IMG/VR virus record: IMGVR_UViG_3300008108_000016
Coordinates: 32,001 to 96,000 of that record
Origin: a virus
Length of the DNA stretch: 64,000 nucleotides
Strand: one strand, 5' to 3'
Below the pieces are notes generated by a model, which was not told the origin of the DNA, made no database searches, and worked only from the letters and a program-made list of their open reading frames with translations. Shown one piece after another: positions 1 to 10,214 of this stretch. Every line of letters begins with the position of its first letter. Position 1 is the first letter of the stretch. The position numbers and the translations under genes are program-made.

Positions 1-631
1 TAATCATGGTGGTGAAAACCCCGGTTCTTCCGTTAAAGAACTTAGCGGACATATAGAATTCAGATAGATCTATGAAATCTCTACTTCTTAACCAATAAAT
101 AAAAAACCCTTCTTTATCCCCAATAAAATCTAATTTCATTTTTGGTTTTTTAACATTAACATTAGGTAATGTTTGTGATATTGATATATTTTCGGTAAAA
201 CCTTGCTGAACGGGCAAAATTATTGTGAAATAATTTTTTTGTGTTGTTGGGTTTGCCGTATCATAAAAATCCAATTTGAAGAAGGACTTCGTAAATGGTT
301 TTCTATAGTAATATAATTCTTCACCCGTAAATCCATCAACTTGATAACTATCCACATAATCAGTTATATTGGCGGTTGGTATATTTGCGGTACTACCACT
401 ATAAAAATAAAATTCATAATTTATTGATGTCTTTTCAACATTTTGTTCAAAATAAGTATTGTGTGAAAATCTATCAATTTCAAAATCATTAGCCAAACCA
501 ATAACTTCTTCCAATACGGTTTTTTGATATTCTTCAACACTATCTTCCCTACCACTGAAATCCCACTTAATTTCAATAGGAATATCTATCTGTCTATCAA
601 GACTAGATTGTAGTATTTTATATTTACTCAC
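1..631 (-). CDS. Partial hypothetical virion structural protein (runs off the window edge)
   Basis: Not in the ORF track. GTG at 631-629 overlaps the end of the upstream gene and opens a frame MSKYKILQSSLDRQIDIPIEIKWDFSGREDSVEEYQK...FFKLDFYDT...EGFFIYWL that is open to position 1. Confidence 0.7.
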   Translation of the reverse strand, partial: MSKYKILQSSLDRQIDIPIEIKWDFSGREDSVEEYQKTVLEEVIGLANDFEIDRFSHNTYFEQNVEKTSINYEFYFYSGSTANIPTANITDYVDSYQVDGFTGEELYYYRKPFTKSFFKLDFYDTANPTTQKNYFTIILPVQQGFTENISISQTLPNVNVKKPKMKLDFIGDKEGFFIYWLRSRDFIDLSEFYMSAKFFNGRTGVFTTMI

Positions 632-2366
632 ACTCATCTATTGTCGGGTCATCAATTTCGTTTATAAACTGATTGGCAGTTTGAGATCCTTCAGGTATTA
701 ATCTAAATATGGTATTAACAAAAGGATAGTGTTTACCATTCATAAATGGATAATCAACCCCAAGTCCATCACCATCAATGAACCCATAAGGATATAAATC
801 TCTCCATCTAAAACTATTAGATAAATTAGAATAGAATGAATAATCAGGTATATCAACAATTTCCAAAGATTCCCCTTCCTCAATGTAATCCGAAAATACT
901 CTAATCGTTATTGGGTTGTGAGGTTTATAATAATACCCAAATTGATTGTTAACATTTATTGTATTATTTAATGAGAACCAAAAAGGGTTGAAGGTTATTT
1001 TATGATATAGATCAGATATTACCCTTTCTGTTTGTTCGTACGAATTAAACTCACAGAAATCCCCATCAATAATATCGTCAACTTGTAAGTTTTCATGATA
1101 TATAAATGGCCCGGTTGGTGGGGTGGTTTGACTAAAATATGTGTTAGTAGGTATTGTGGTATTAGATGAAGAGTTTGCAACATCCCACCAAGGTGATGGT
1201 TGTCCATAAAATAATGGGAGATTAAACTCATACCCTTGTTTAAGTTCTTTTGTCCATCCAAAATAACCTCTCCATATTGTTGTAAAATATAATTCCGTTA
1301 GTGGTCGTTTTTGATTGTCCACCAAATCACTTATATCAATATCAACATTAAAGGATAATGTGTATGCTTGCCCACCTTCTTTAACGGAAGACCTAGCAAT
1401 ATTATTAGGAGTTAAAACCGCTGGTTCATATTTAATTTTTGAGTTAAATATGTTTTGTTCAAATCCAGCCTTAACCAAAATCGCATCTTCAGAATTTGTT
1501 AAAATCTTATGTCTTCTTACATAATAAGTTGAAATTGTTTCAGACTCATTATCGTTGTTTATCACTCTTTTAAATGTCCCTGTATTTCCCTGTAAAAATG
1601 TTGTTCCCGTATATCCAACATTACTTATGTTGAAAACAAACTCTTCACTACCAAACCCAGGATTACCTAAACTTGATATTAGGAAAAGATCTTGACCATT
1701 ATAATCAAAAGATAATTTAACATATTCCCCAACAGAAAGTCCGTGAGGCATCACACATCTAAATGATATATTTCTTGTATTATTATTACTTCCCGTATCA
1801 ATTATAAATGGTATACCATCAGATACCGTCCAAACCCATGATACCGATGTTTGTGGATCAATCGCCTGTAAAGTCCTATTACTAACATTTTCATATGCAT
1901 AACTCAAATAATGCGTCCAATTATAGGTTGTCGCACTTTTGTTAACGAATGTTAAATGATTGTTCGGTGGTTGGGTGTATCCTACATTATTATTGTCAGT
2001 TCTGATGAAATCAAATTCAAAATATTGAGGATGTCCTTCCCACGGAGAAGATGGGTTTGATAGTGAAGAAACCGCATTATTAACCGCATTGGTATAATAT
2101 AAATTATTTTTAAATGGTGTATATGAAACGGATCCAACATATTCATTTTTAAATATGAATGAAAATTTTGTAACAGGTCTAAATATGTTTGATTTTTCTC
2201 GTTCATCAATAAAAACCTGCTGAAGATTTAAATCAACACTACGATCAAACTCAACATTCTCCTTATGTGTTTGTTCCAATACAACATTTGGTGATAAAAT
2301 CGTATTAGGAGATGTTTTGTATCTTAATGACCCTAAAATTATTCTTGTTTCATCATCAATTCCCAT
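624..2366 (-). CDS. Hypothetical virion structural (baseplate-region) protein, 580 aa
   Basis: Long ORF rich in Asn/Thr/aromatic residues, translationally coupled to its neighbours in the baseplate cluster. Confidence 0.55.
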   Translation of the reverse strand: MGIDDETRIILGSLRYKTSPNTILSPNVVLEQTHKENVEFDRSVDLNLQQVFIDEREKSNIFRPVTKFSFIFKNEYVGSVSYTPFKNNLYYTNAVNNAVSSLSNPSSPWEGHPQYFEFDFIRTDNNNVGYTQPPNNHLTFVNKSATTYNWTHYLSYAYENVSNRTLQAIDPQTSVSWVWTVSDGIPFIIDTGSNNNTRNISFRCVMPHGLSVGEYVKLSFDYNGQDLFLISSLGNPGFGSEEFVFNISNVGYTGTTFLQGNTGTFKRVINNDNESETISTYYVRRHKILTNSEDAILVKAGFEQNIFNSKIKYEPAVLTPNNIARSSVKEGGQAYTLSFNVDIDISDLVDNQKRPLTELYFTTIWRGYFGWTKELKQGYEFNLPLFYGQPSPWWDVANSSSNTTIPTNTYFSQTTPPTGPFIYHENLQVDDIIDGDFCEFNSYEQTERVISDLYHKITFNPFWFSLNNTINVNNQFGYYYKPHNPITIRVFSDYIEEGESLEIVDIPDYSFYSNLSNSFRWRDLYPYGFIDGDGLGVDYPFMNGKHYPFVNTIFRLIPEGSQTANQFINEIDDPTIDECE

Positions 2367-5300
2367 TAGTCTTCTGCTGTATCTATATATAGTTTTATAA
2401 ACCTATTTAATGCGGTTTTACCATTCTTTAACCCAAAATAAAAATGATTTGGAGTCCCAACAATAACAGGATTGGCAATTGGTGGTGTGCTTATAACAGG
2501 ATTACCACTTGAATCAAAATTAGTTATGAACCCGTAATAAATATTAGGGAATGATCCTCCCATTAATGCGGTTTTAAAATAATCATCATTAGACGCATCT
2601 AACCCTTGATACCTTTGACTATAGAACCCTGTACCTGTTTGATTACCATTTGCAGTGGTAAACCAATTATTATCTTCATTACCGAAAATACTATTACTAC
2701 TTTCTATTTTCCATTTATACAATGGTACTTCTTGAGATTTAGGATAACCATATATTGTCTGTAATAATGGTGAGAAATTGTATATGTTAATTCCCGGAGA
2801 CAAAGCTCTTCTATTTCTATACTCACTATTATTTGTTACTCCTGTTGCATTATAGAACACACCAAAGACAGGCCCGGTTGAGTCTTGACCAACATATACA
2901 GTATTGTCATCATAATTTCCACTTATAAATGGATTTATTTGATATTCAGAATTTATTGAGAATGATTGAGCGACATCCCCATCTATTCTTTGTCCTGTTC
3001 TTGAGAAGAATTGATTGATTGATGCGGATCCTGCTTGGAACAATTGTTGTCCCCAAGTTGCGTTAACTAATCTTGAAATTATCCCTAATTGTAAAACATC
3101 CGAACTGTCATTATATGATGTACTCATAAAAGAATTACCAATATACCTACCTTCAAATTCAGATGATGAGCATATTTCAGAGATAAATTCATCTCTCTTA
3201 CCCATATCTAAAATAGTTGTTGGGAAAAGTATCTGTCTTGAATTTGCGGAATCATCAGGAGATGATGTACCAAATATTGATGTTGGTATTGGAGATGGCG
3301 CACCTATAAAATCATTACCATTCCAAGGAGAACTACGATAATAGAAATTATTACTTACATCATTATAGATAACAATATCATCACAGTATTTATAACGAGC
3401 TTGACCTAAAGAATTAAATACCGTTTGTTTATTAAATGACGGCATATATAGAGTACCATTTATCCAATTGTTTTGGAACATATGACTAAACACCCCTCTA
3501 CAAGCCGCAAACATAACATTAAATCTTGCTTTCCATTCTAAAAATAAATTTATGTCGTTTCCAAGTTCCGCAACATACGGCTTATTTAAAAGATAATAAC
3601 AACCGCCAACAACTTTATCAATTTGATCACAACTACTATTAACAGTAAAACCAGTTCCGTATCCTGTATAACATTCTAAACTAACCATATTTTCACAAGT
3701 TAAAGACGTGAATAAGGTTGGGTTTCCATCAACATCAGAAATATTACCAGATGAAGTATCTGAAGTTATATTAACAGTTTCGGTAAATCCAATAACACCT
3801 TCGTCAGGTATTTTATAATATGTGAAATTGTTATTTTGATGAAGAGCAAAATAATTATTAGTACCTTGATCAACAGAAGTTGAGATAGGTAATCTATCAC
3901 TTCTCATTACAATTTTAAGTCTATCGTTAAAATTTAATGTTCCCATATATGGGAAAGCTCCGCTAGGGGCATATAAAAGATATGCTGGCGAATATAAATG
4001 CCAATATGTTAATGGAGATCCAACATCAGGTGTTGGATCTGATGTTGAAGTATATATAAATGACCCTCCACCAACATAATAATTTGTTAATGGTTGATAA
4101 TACGCCGAAGAAATAGGTAATAATCTATTTGAAAATGTTATTGTGTTATCGGTATTCAATATGACCCCTAATGGTGTTTCAGTTGGTGACCCATTGTCAG
4201 TGAAATTAGTCCAAAAACTAACCCCACCTATAGCTGAATCATCGGTACACAAATAATAATAAGGTAATTCTGACCCTGTGCTTGGGTTATTATTATATTG
4301 CGTTAAATCAGGTAAAAACCCATAAGATGGATAAAATAATTGATTATTATTAAATGCCGCGGTGTTATTGTATCTATTATGTATTGCAGGTGTTGTTCCT
4401 CCAATAAAACCTCGTATTGGGATATTAAGTTTAAAATTTCCTGTAATAACTTTTTGACCCCAACCTAATCCAAATATTTTAGATAAATCATAACTTATAT
4501 TTTGTCTTTGGGTATATGTGTCAACTCCTCTTACATAAAATATGATACCCAAATTTCTATAGTTTTGGATTTGTTGTATTGCATTTTTTGATGAACTATA
4601 AATCCCGTAACCTAAAGAAGTATCTGTTTCATCAAACCATTCCCCCCATGTGTATCTGGTTAAATGAAGAATATAATTATCTCTAAAACTATTACCACCA
4701 CCTATTGATGTATCAAGGAAGTCACCTACAGTCATTCCTGTTATACACTGAAAATATTCAATATCAGAAGCAAAACCATAATAACTCTCATTGGTATCTT
4801 GTATTATGTTAATTGTTACGGGTGGTAAATTTGTTGACATCGTTGGGTCATTATAATTACCACTAATAATTTGTGTTGATCCTGTAAATGTAGTTCCCGT
4901 TATTGAAGTGTTATTAAATTGATTTGTTACCGTTAAACCTGTTAACCTATTCCAATCCCCACTTAATGATGGATTTTGGAATGATAGAATATCCCCTGAC
5001 TGAATTCCAGTTATAACATTTGGATCTACTAACGTAACAAAAACCTGATCATAAATATCCGCAGACCCGTTAACACTATATTTCATAACATTAAAGTTAT
5101 TGAAATATTTATCCCTTAAATTAAATGAATTCATTTTTTGAGAGAGAGTTTCCGTTAAAGGATAACCATACAATTCACTACCATTACTCGCTTTATCTGT
5201 TATGAATTGTCTTGGAGCTCTTTTAATTGTAACGGTAGGATCCGAATCATCAATACCCGAAAAAATTGATAACCAATCGTTTTGAGCTCCTTGAGCAAGA

Positions 5301-7558
5301 CTAGGATAACTGTTTTGTATAAATGAATAATTAGGTGGACTATTTAATGCGTTTGATGGATTTAAACCAAAGAACAGAGACCTAGTATTAATATCCGCTA
5401 AAAATGATGAATTACTATCAACCGCAACCGAACCTGATGGATTTGTTCCTTCACCCTCAACCTCATCATACTCAGTTTTTTTATCTTCACAAGTACAACT
5501 ATCACAATCGGGATATGATATCATTGGTAATGCAAGTCTTGTAAAGTTTTTTACCTTTAAAATCGCCGGAACAACAATTGCATTGAATAATGCAATTAAT
5601 CCAAGATAGAACAACAATTTTAAAGCGTTTACCGCAATTAATCCAACCGCAGGGAACGCTCCAACCATTGACGCCCCCGCTTCGTAAGCACTAAATATTA
5701 ACCAAGCGTTTACCCCAAATATAAAAAACCACTTTAAAACAGGCCATATCAATGCAATAATATGCGCCAAAGATAATAGAACTATTATCGGAAACGTTAA
5801 AATATTTAAAAAAATACTTGTAATAAATTGCAAGAAATCAAAATTTCTTTGTCCGTCATTTACGGGAAATTTATTATTTTCACTCTGACAAGATCTTTCA
5901 GTTATTTCTTTAATACCTAAATGTCTTGATCTATTTGTACCATTTTTATATCTATCAATAAATGAACTTACAGTATAAATTTTATTATAATGAAATTCAT
6001 AAAAAGTGTCCTCACAATCAATTGCCGATTGTTTATCAACATAATCATCCCAATCCAAACTAAACGCATATGATTTTATTACTTGAAAATAATCTTCAGG
6101 GTAATATGTAAACACAATACTTTGTGGTTGAGTAGGGTCAACAGGATTTGATGTTATCTGAACAGTATTGTTAACAAGTGGTAGTGGAATACTTTCAAAA
6201 CTCCCACCATAAGGAACACCATTTATTTCAATTGAGAAATTTTCTTGATTATTTATCGCATTACTGAAAACTAACCCACCTTGTGGTATTGTAATTGTTA
6301 CAACAGTAACACCCACCGCAAATTGGAAATCATAATTTAATGTGGGTAATGATGTTGGGTCAGTATTTGGGTTTGACCATCCGTGTTCTTTCACATTAGG
6401 AACAAGATAATTACCTCTCATGAAGTTATTATTCAATCCTTCTTCATTCTGCCATTTTACTTTAAATCTATATTTTGACTTTGTTGGGATACCGACAGTA
6501 GGATCATTTGATATAACTTGCTCACCAAATTCATTTGTTGTTATATAATCCAAATTCATTGGTAAATTTGTTAACCAAGTACCATCTCCATCTATAATTT
6601 TTCCATCTTCCTCCAAAACATATTGTTCAAGAATAGGATCCCCATTTTGATCCGTTTCAATCGTTTGTCTTATTGATAATATCTGACCTGGCCCTGCAAC
6701 CAAATCACACATATTACCTGTATTAATTTTTGGTTTACAATTTTTCTTAAGCGAATCTTCATTTGCGGTTGAGACAACTGAACCCATGAAAACTGAAGTA
6801 GGTTGTATATTTACATTTGCGGATCCTGTTAAGTCAAAATCAACTCTTGTAATTCCTAATAAACATATCTCAGGTTCTCCCCATAATGGTTGTACTTCAA
6901 CTATTTTATTTAATGTCACTAGTTGTGGTAGTTCTCTTAAGTTAGTTGATGATTTAAATTTATTACCATTAACTTGTGATTCTGTTGCAATTCCGGCATT
7001 TATTAGATCTTGTGGTGATAATGAAAAACAACCAATGTCAGATAAATCAACATCCATAAACACGGTTTGAGTTCCTGTTGGAACTCCGAATATCATATAA
7101 TCACCACTTTCATTTGTTTTTACGGTAAATTTATAATATTTATCATACACCTCAACCAATGGACTATTAACTAAAACATCTTCTCTTGATGGAAATGTTC
7201 CTGTTGCGGCGTGTCCTTGATATGATGGTTCATATGGTAATAAATTATATCTATATCCATCTTCATTCACATCATCAAGAGATGTATATGGATATAATTC
7301 AGAAATAATTGGATTATTTTGATCTTCTTCTGATATTGGAATAAAGATTGAAACTTTTGCATTTGGGACACCAAATCCACCATTAACTAATACTCTACCA
7401 ACAACAACACCATAATCAGAACAAACTCTTGTATATATATCACTTTGGAGTATCTTAAGTGATAAGATCTCCAAGTATTCAAAATCCTGATCTAATTGTA
7501 TTTTAATGGACTTATCAACACCCGGTTGTGTCCTTATTCTATATGATTTAGGCATCAA
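2366..7558 (-). CDS. Large baseplate-region virion protein (1730 aa) with an N-terminal beta-sandwich and an internal multi-pass hydrophobic segment
   Basis: N-terminal GVVVGRVLVNGGFGVPNAKVSIF...TNESGDYMIFGVPTG resembles a carboxypeptidase-regulatory-like fold. A ~95-aa hydrophobic block lies at ~5550-5840. Directly downstream of the gp6-like gene. Confidence 0.55.
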   Translation of the reverse strand: MMPKSYRIRTQPGVDKSIKIQLDQDFEYLEILSLKILQSDIYTRVCSDYGVVVGRVLVNGGFGVPNAKVSIFIPISEEDQNNPIISELYPYTSLDDVNEDGYRYNLLPYEPSYQGHAATGTFPSREDVLVNSPLVEVYDKYYKFTVKTNESGDYMIFGVPTGTQTVFMDVDLSDIGCFSLSPQDLINAGIATESQVNGNKFKSSTNLRELPQLVTLNKIVEVQPLWGEPEICLLGITRVDFDLTGSANVNIQPTSVFMGSVVSTANEDSLKKNCKPKINTGNMCDLVAGPGQILSIRQTIETDQNGDPILEQYVLEEDGKIIDGDGTWLTNLPMNLDYITTNEFGEQVISNDPTVGIPTKSKYRFKVKWQNEEGLNNNFMRGNYLVPNVKEHGWSNPNTDPTSLPTLNYDFQFAVGVTVVTITIPQGGLVFSNAINNQENFSIEINGVPYGGSFESIPLPLVNNTVQITSNPVDPTQPQSIVFTYYPEDYFQVIKSYAFSLDWDDYVDKQSAIDCEDTFYEFHYNKIYTVSSFIDRYKNGTNRSRHLGIKEITERSCQSENNKFPVNDGQRNFDFLQFITSIFLNILTFPIIVLLSLAHIIALIWPVLKWFFIFGVNAWLIFSAYEAGASMVGAFPAVGLIAVNALKLLFYLGLIALFNAIVVPAILKVKNFTRLALPMISYPDCDSCTCEDKKTEYDEVEGEGTNPSGSVAVDSNSSFLADINTRSLFFGLNPSNALNSPPNYSFIQNSYPSLAQGAQNDWLSIFSGIDDSDPTVTIKRAPRQFITDKASNGSELYGYPLTETLSQKMNSFNLRDKYFNNFNVMKYSVNGSADIYDQVFVTLVDPNVITGIQSGDILSFQNPSLSGDWNRLTGLTVTNQFNNTSITGTTFTGSTQIISGNYNDPTMSTNLPPVTINIIQDTNESYYGFASDIEYFQCITGMTVGDFLDTSIGGGNSFRDNYILHLTRYTWGEWFDETDTSLGYGIYSSSKNAIQQIQNYRNLGIIFYVRGVDTYTQRQNISYDLSKIFGLGWGQKVITGNFKLNIPIRGFIGGTTPAIHNRYNNTAAFNNNQLFYPSYGFLPDLTQYNNNPSTGSELPYYYLCTDDSAIGGVSFWTNFTDNGSPTETPLGVILNTDNTITFSNRLLPISSAYYQPLTNYYVGGGSFIYTSTSDPTPDVGSPLTYWHLYSPAYLLYAPSGAFPYMGTLNFNDRLKIVMRSDRLPISTSVDQGTNNYFALHQNNNFTYYKIPDEGVIGFTETVNITSDTSSGNISDVDGNPTLFTSLTCENMVSLECYTGYGTGFTVNSSCDQIDKVVGGCYYLLNKPYVAELGNDINLFLEWKARFNVMFAACRGVFSHMFQNNWINGTLYMPSFNKQTVFNSLGQARYKYCDDIVIYNDVSNNFYYRSSPWNGNDFIGAPSPIPTSIFGTSSPDDSANSRQILFPTTILDMGKRDEFISEICSSSEFEGRYIGNSFMSTSYNDSSDVLQLGIISRLVNATWGQQLFQAGSASINQFFSRTGQRIDGDVAQSFSINSEYQINPFISGNYDDNTVYVGQDSTGPVFGVFYNATGVTNNSEYRNRRALSPGINIYNFSPLLQTIYGYPKSQEVPLYKWKIESSNSIFGNEDNNWFTTANGNQTGTGFYSQRYQGLDASNDDYFKTALMGGSFPNIYYGFITNFDSSGNPVISTPPIANPVIVGTPNHFYFGLKNGKTALNRFIKLYIDTAED

Positions 7559-7628
7559 TTAATCTTTTTTGATAAATAGTTTATTTCCTATTTTCAAAAA
7601 ATAATTCTTTTATTGTAAAAATAAATCA

Positions 7629-9467
7629 TCAAGAGAAATTCACCGTAGCAAGATTAAGAACTCTAACATTAATATCTGTGTTAGGGTATCTTATTTGATA
7701 TATTTGGGTCGGTTCTGCAAATATAGTATCAGCAACTAACCCTATCTCTCTTGTTGTAGGATCAGAATATGATTGTGAAGTTTGTGATGATGAATATTGA
7801 CCCCCAACTTGATTAAAGAACTTCATGTCAGAAATACTAATAACCCCATTTTCACTTTGTATTTGTCTTCTTAATTCTGAAACATATACATTTTCACCCA
7901 TTTGCCTTTGTAAGGGGCTAAAATAATTTGTTATAAGTTCAATAATTTTTGCAACCACAACTCCTTGATTTTGACTTGCATCAAGAACCACATCAACATT
8001 AACACTCAAATCAATAACATTTGCCGATTCAATTGAGATATAATCGTTTATCATTCTATAGTTTGATAAATAATTTGCAACATTATTTTTTAATGTGTTT
8101 GATATAACTTCAGTTAATTTACCTGTTGAGTCGTATGATAACATTTTAACTTTAATTTTATTATTTTCTTCGGTAATTGCAACTTTACCAGGAGCACCAA
8201 ATTGTGAAGGCATATTTCTTATAATTGATTCATAATCATTAATCGTAACCGCCCTATTTTGAGCGGCAAAGTTATAACTAACATATTGTCTAACTTCCTC
8301 CGTTGTCGGAGCATTTGATCCTCCGATTGCTGCGGTAACATTGTTACAAGTTAAAGAATTAACGACAGTTGTGTTTGTTGATTCAGAAGGCCCATTCACA
8401 AAAAATGACACAGTTCCAATCTGATTTATAACGTTAACACCTAAATTGGTTGCTTGCCCACCACCAACTCTATATTGTACAAACAAGGTTGTATTTGCCT
8501 TTAATGCGGATCCAAGGGCTAAATTATTTATATACTTACTTAAATCCAAATTAAAACCATTTCTCGCAAATTCTCTTAATTGTTCATCAGCGGAAACATT
8601 ACCACCACCAAAAGTCATTTTTAAGAAACCTTCAGGAGTATATTCAGTTATAAATTTACTATCTGTTGTTATATATTTCCCAACTTTAACCCCTGGTTGA
8701 TCTGACACTTTTGTTGGGTCTTCAATGAAGACTCTGTTTTCTGCTAACGCAGGAACTTCATACCACCTGTTATTTAATCCCAAGAATTCTTGAGCTGTCG
8801 GTACATTAGTATATTGTGTCCCATCTTTTAATAAAACACTTGTTATACCTAATACATTTTTTTCAGGTAAAAATAATTCAAAGAATGGTTTAATATCATT
8901 TGGACTTATTGTTCTTTTGAATACCTTTGTAATTCCATTTACAACAACTTCTCGTTTAACTATGGTGTAGTTTAGTAATTTACCACTACCATCAAAATTA
9001 GGTATTTTTAGTCTATTTGGGGATCCTTCAGCATTTACCGCAGAAGAAAAATCAATATCATAAACCGTTTCAAATGGTTGACCAGCCCCATTAACCTGTG
9101 ATCCTCTTCTTAATATTCCACAATATCTTAAATCTTCTTTATCACCAAACGCAGGAACTGTAATTGAGAAATCAACCAAAGCAACAGATGGTCTTTGTCC
9201 CGGTATTTTTAAACCATAAGTTCTTGCAATATTATATATTGATGATTTTTGTTGAGCATATTGTAATACAGTTTCTTGTATACTTCTATCAATATTAAAA
9301 TGTAGGTTATCAGTAACCGCAGCATTTAAATCTAATAGAACGGAGAAAATACCCGCATCATTGAAGTTTTGGATTAGATCGGGGTAATAAGTTCTTGTAA
9401 AATTAATTAATTCGGTTCTTATCCCTTGAAAATCTCTGGTTGTATATGATATTTTTTTGTTTGCCAT
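7629..9467 (-). CDS. Baseplate wedge subunit (T4 gp6 / baseplate J-like)
   Basis: N-terminal YTTRDFQGIRTELINF..YPD..NFNDAG; QNRAVTINDYE motif; adjacent to a gp25-like gene. Confidence 0.85.
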   Translation of the reverse strand: MANKKISYTTRDFQGIRTELINFTRTYYPDLIQNFNDAGIFSVLLDLNAAVTDNLHFNIDRSIQETVLQYAQQKSSIYNIARTYGLKIPGQRPSVALVDFSITVPAFGDKEDLRYCGILRRGSQVNGAGQPFETVYDIDFSSAVNAEGSPNRLKIPNFDGSGKLLNYTIVKREVVVNGITKVFKRTISPNDIKPFFELFLPEKNVLGITSVLLKDGTQYTNVPTAQEFLGLNNRWYEVPALAENRVFIEDPTKVSDQPGVKVGKYITTDSKFITEYTPEGFLKMTFGGGNVSADEQLREFARNGFNLDLSKYINNLALGSALKANTTLFVQYRVGGGQATNLGVNVINQIGTVSFFVNGPSESTNTTVVNSLTCNNVTAAIGGSNAPTTEEVRQYVSYNFAAQNRAVTINDYESIIRNMPSQFGAPGKVAITEENNKIKVKMLSYDSTGKLTEVISNTLKNNVANYLSNYRMINDYISIESANVIDLSVNVDVVLDASQNQGVVVAKIIELITNYFSPLQRQMGENVYVSELRRQIQSENGVISISDMKFFNQVGGQYSSSQTSQSYSDPTTREIGLVADTIFAEPTQIYQIRYPNTDINVRVLNLATVNFS

Positions 9468-9472
9468 AACAA

Positions 9473-9931
9473 TTATATATTAATGATCACAAAATCACTT
9501 GATTCAAATGCTGAATTTGTGTTTTTATAATCTATTCTTATTTTTGCGGTATGTTCCAATTGAGATATGTTTGGTACGGTATACTCTCTATTACCTTCAC
9601 CATTCACATAAGTCCCTTTGTTTTCCTCCCCATCGGAAGCGTCGGTTATTTTTATATTAGTTATTGTTATTCCAGGTAAATAGGTTTCAACCGATTGTCT
9701 TATTTCTGATTCAATTTCACTGAACGTAGGCCCATCTAATGGTTCAAAAATGTATTCATACAATCTACTACCAAAATCAGGTAAAAAATATCTAGTACCT
9801 TTTTTACTTAAAAGTAGATGAACCAAATTATTTCTTATTTCCTCATCAGGTGTGTCAGAACAATCCAAATATTTACCAACGTAAGAATCTAAAAAAGGAA
9901 AACTAATACCATATGTAATACCATTTGCCAT
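9473..9931 (-). CDS. Baseplate wedge / sheath initiator (T4 gp25 / GPW-like)
   Basis: IRNNLVHLLLSKKGTRYFLPDFGSRLYEYIFEP signature. Confidence 0.9.
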   Translation of the reverse strand: MANGITYGISFPFLDSYVGKYLDCSDTPDEEIRNNLVHLLLSKKGTRYFLPDFGSRLYEYIFEPLDGPTFSEIESEIRQSVETYLPGITITNIKITDASDGEENKGTYVNGEGNREYTVPNISQLEHTAKIRIDYKNTNSAFESSDFVIINI

Positions 9932-9969
9932 ATAACATAAATATACTGTTAGAATATTTTTAATTAAAT

Positions 9970-9998
9970 AAAAAAATCACAACTCATTGTTGTGATTT
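9970..9998 (-). terminator. Intrinsic terminator closing the replication operon
   Basis: Stem AAATCACAAC/GTTGTGATTT (9974-9983/9989-9998) running into a U-tract on the minus strand. Confidence 0.7.
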
Positions 9999-10211
9999 CT
10001 GTAAGTTTGTAGTACCTCTCTGATGTCTAGGTTCATATGGACAATTTAAACATCCACTACCGCAACATTTACCTCTTCTTATGTGATAAGATTCGGTCAT
10101 AACCATTCTTCCTTCTTTATCGTAGTAAAAATCACTTGGAAGGAGTTTGGGTGTTACAAACTCCTTCACAAATAATTCTTGTATCCAATCTTTAGATGAG
10201 TGAACTGTCAT
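9984..10211 (-). CDS. Small Cys-rich protein (DUF5522-like)
   Basis: RRGKCCGSGCLNCPY motif; starts 3 nt after the RNR stop. Confidence 0.7.
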   Translation of the reverse strand: MTVHSSKDWIQELFVKEFVTPKLLPSDFYYDKEGRMVMTESYHIRRGKCCGSGCLNCPYEPRHQRGTTNLQKSQQ

Positions 10212-10214
10212 AAC

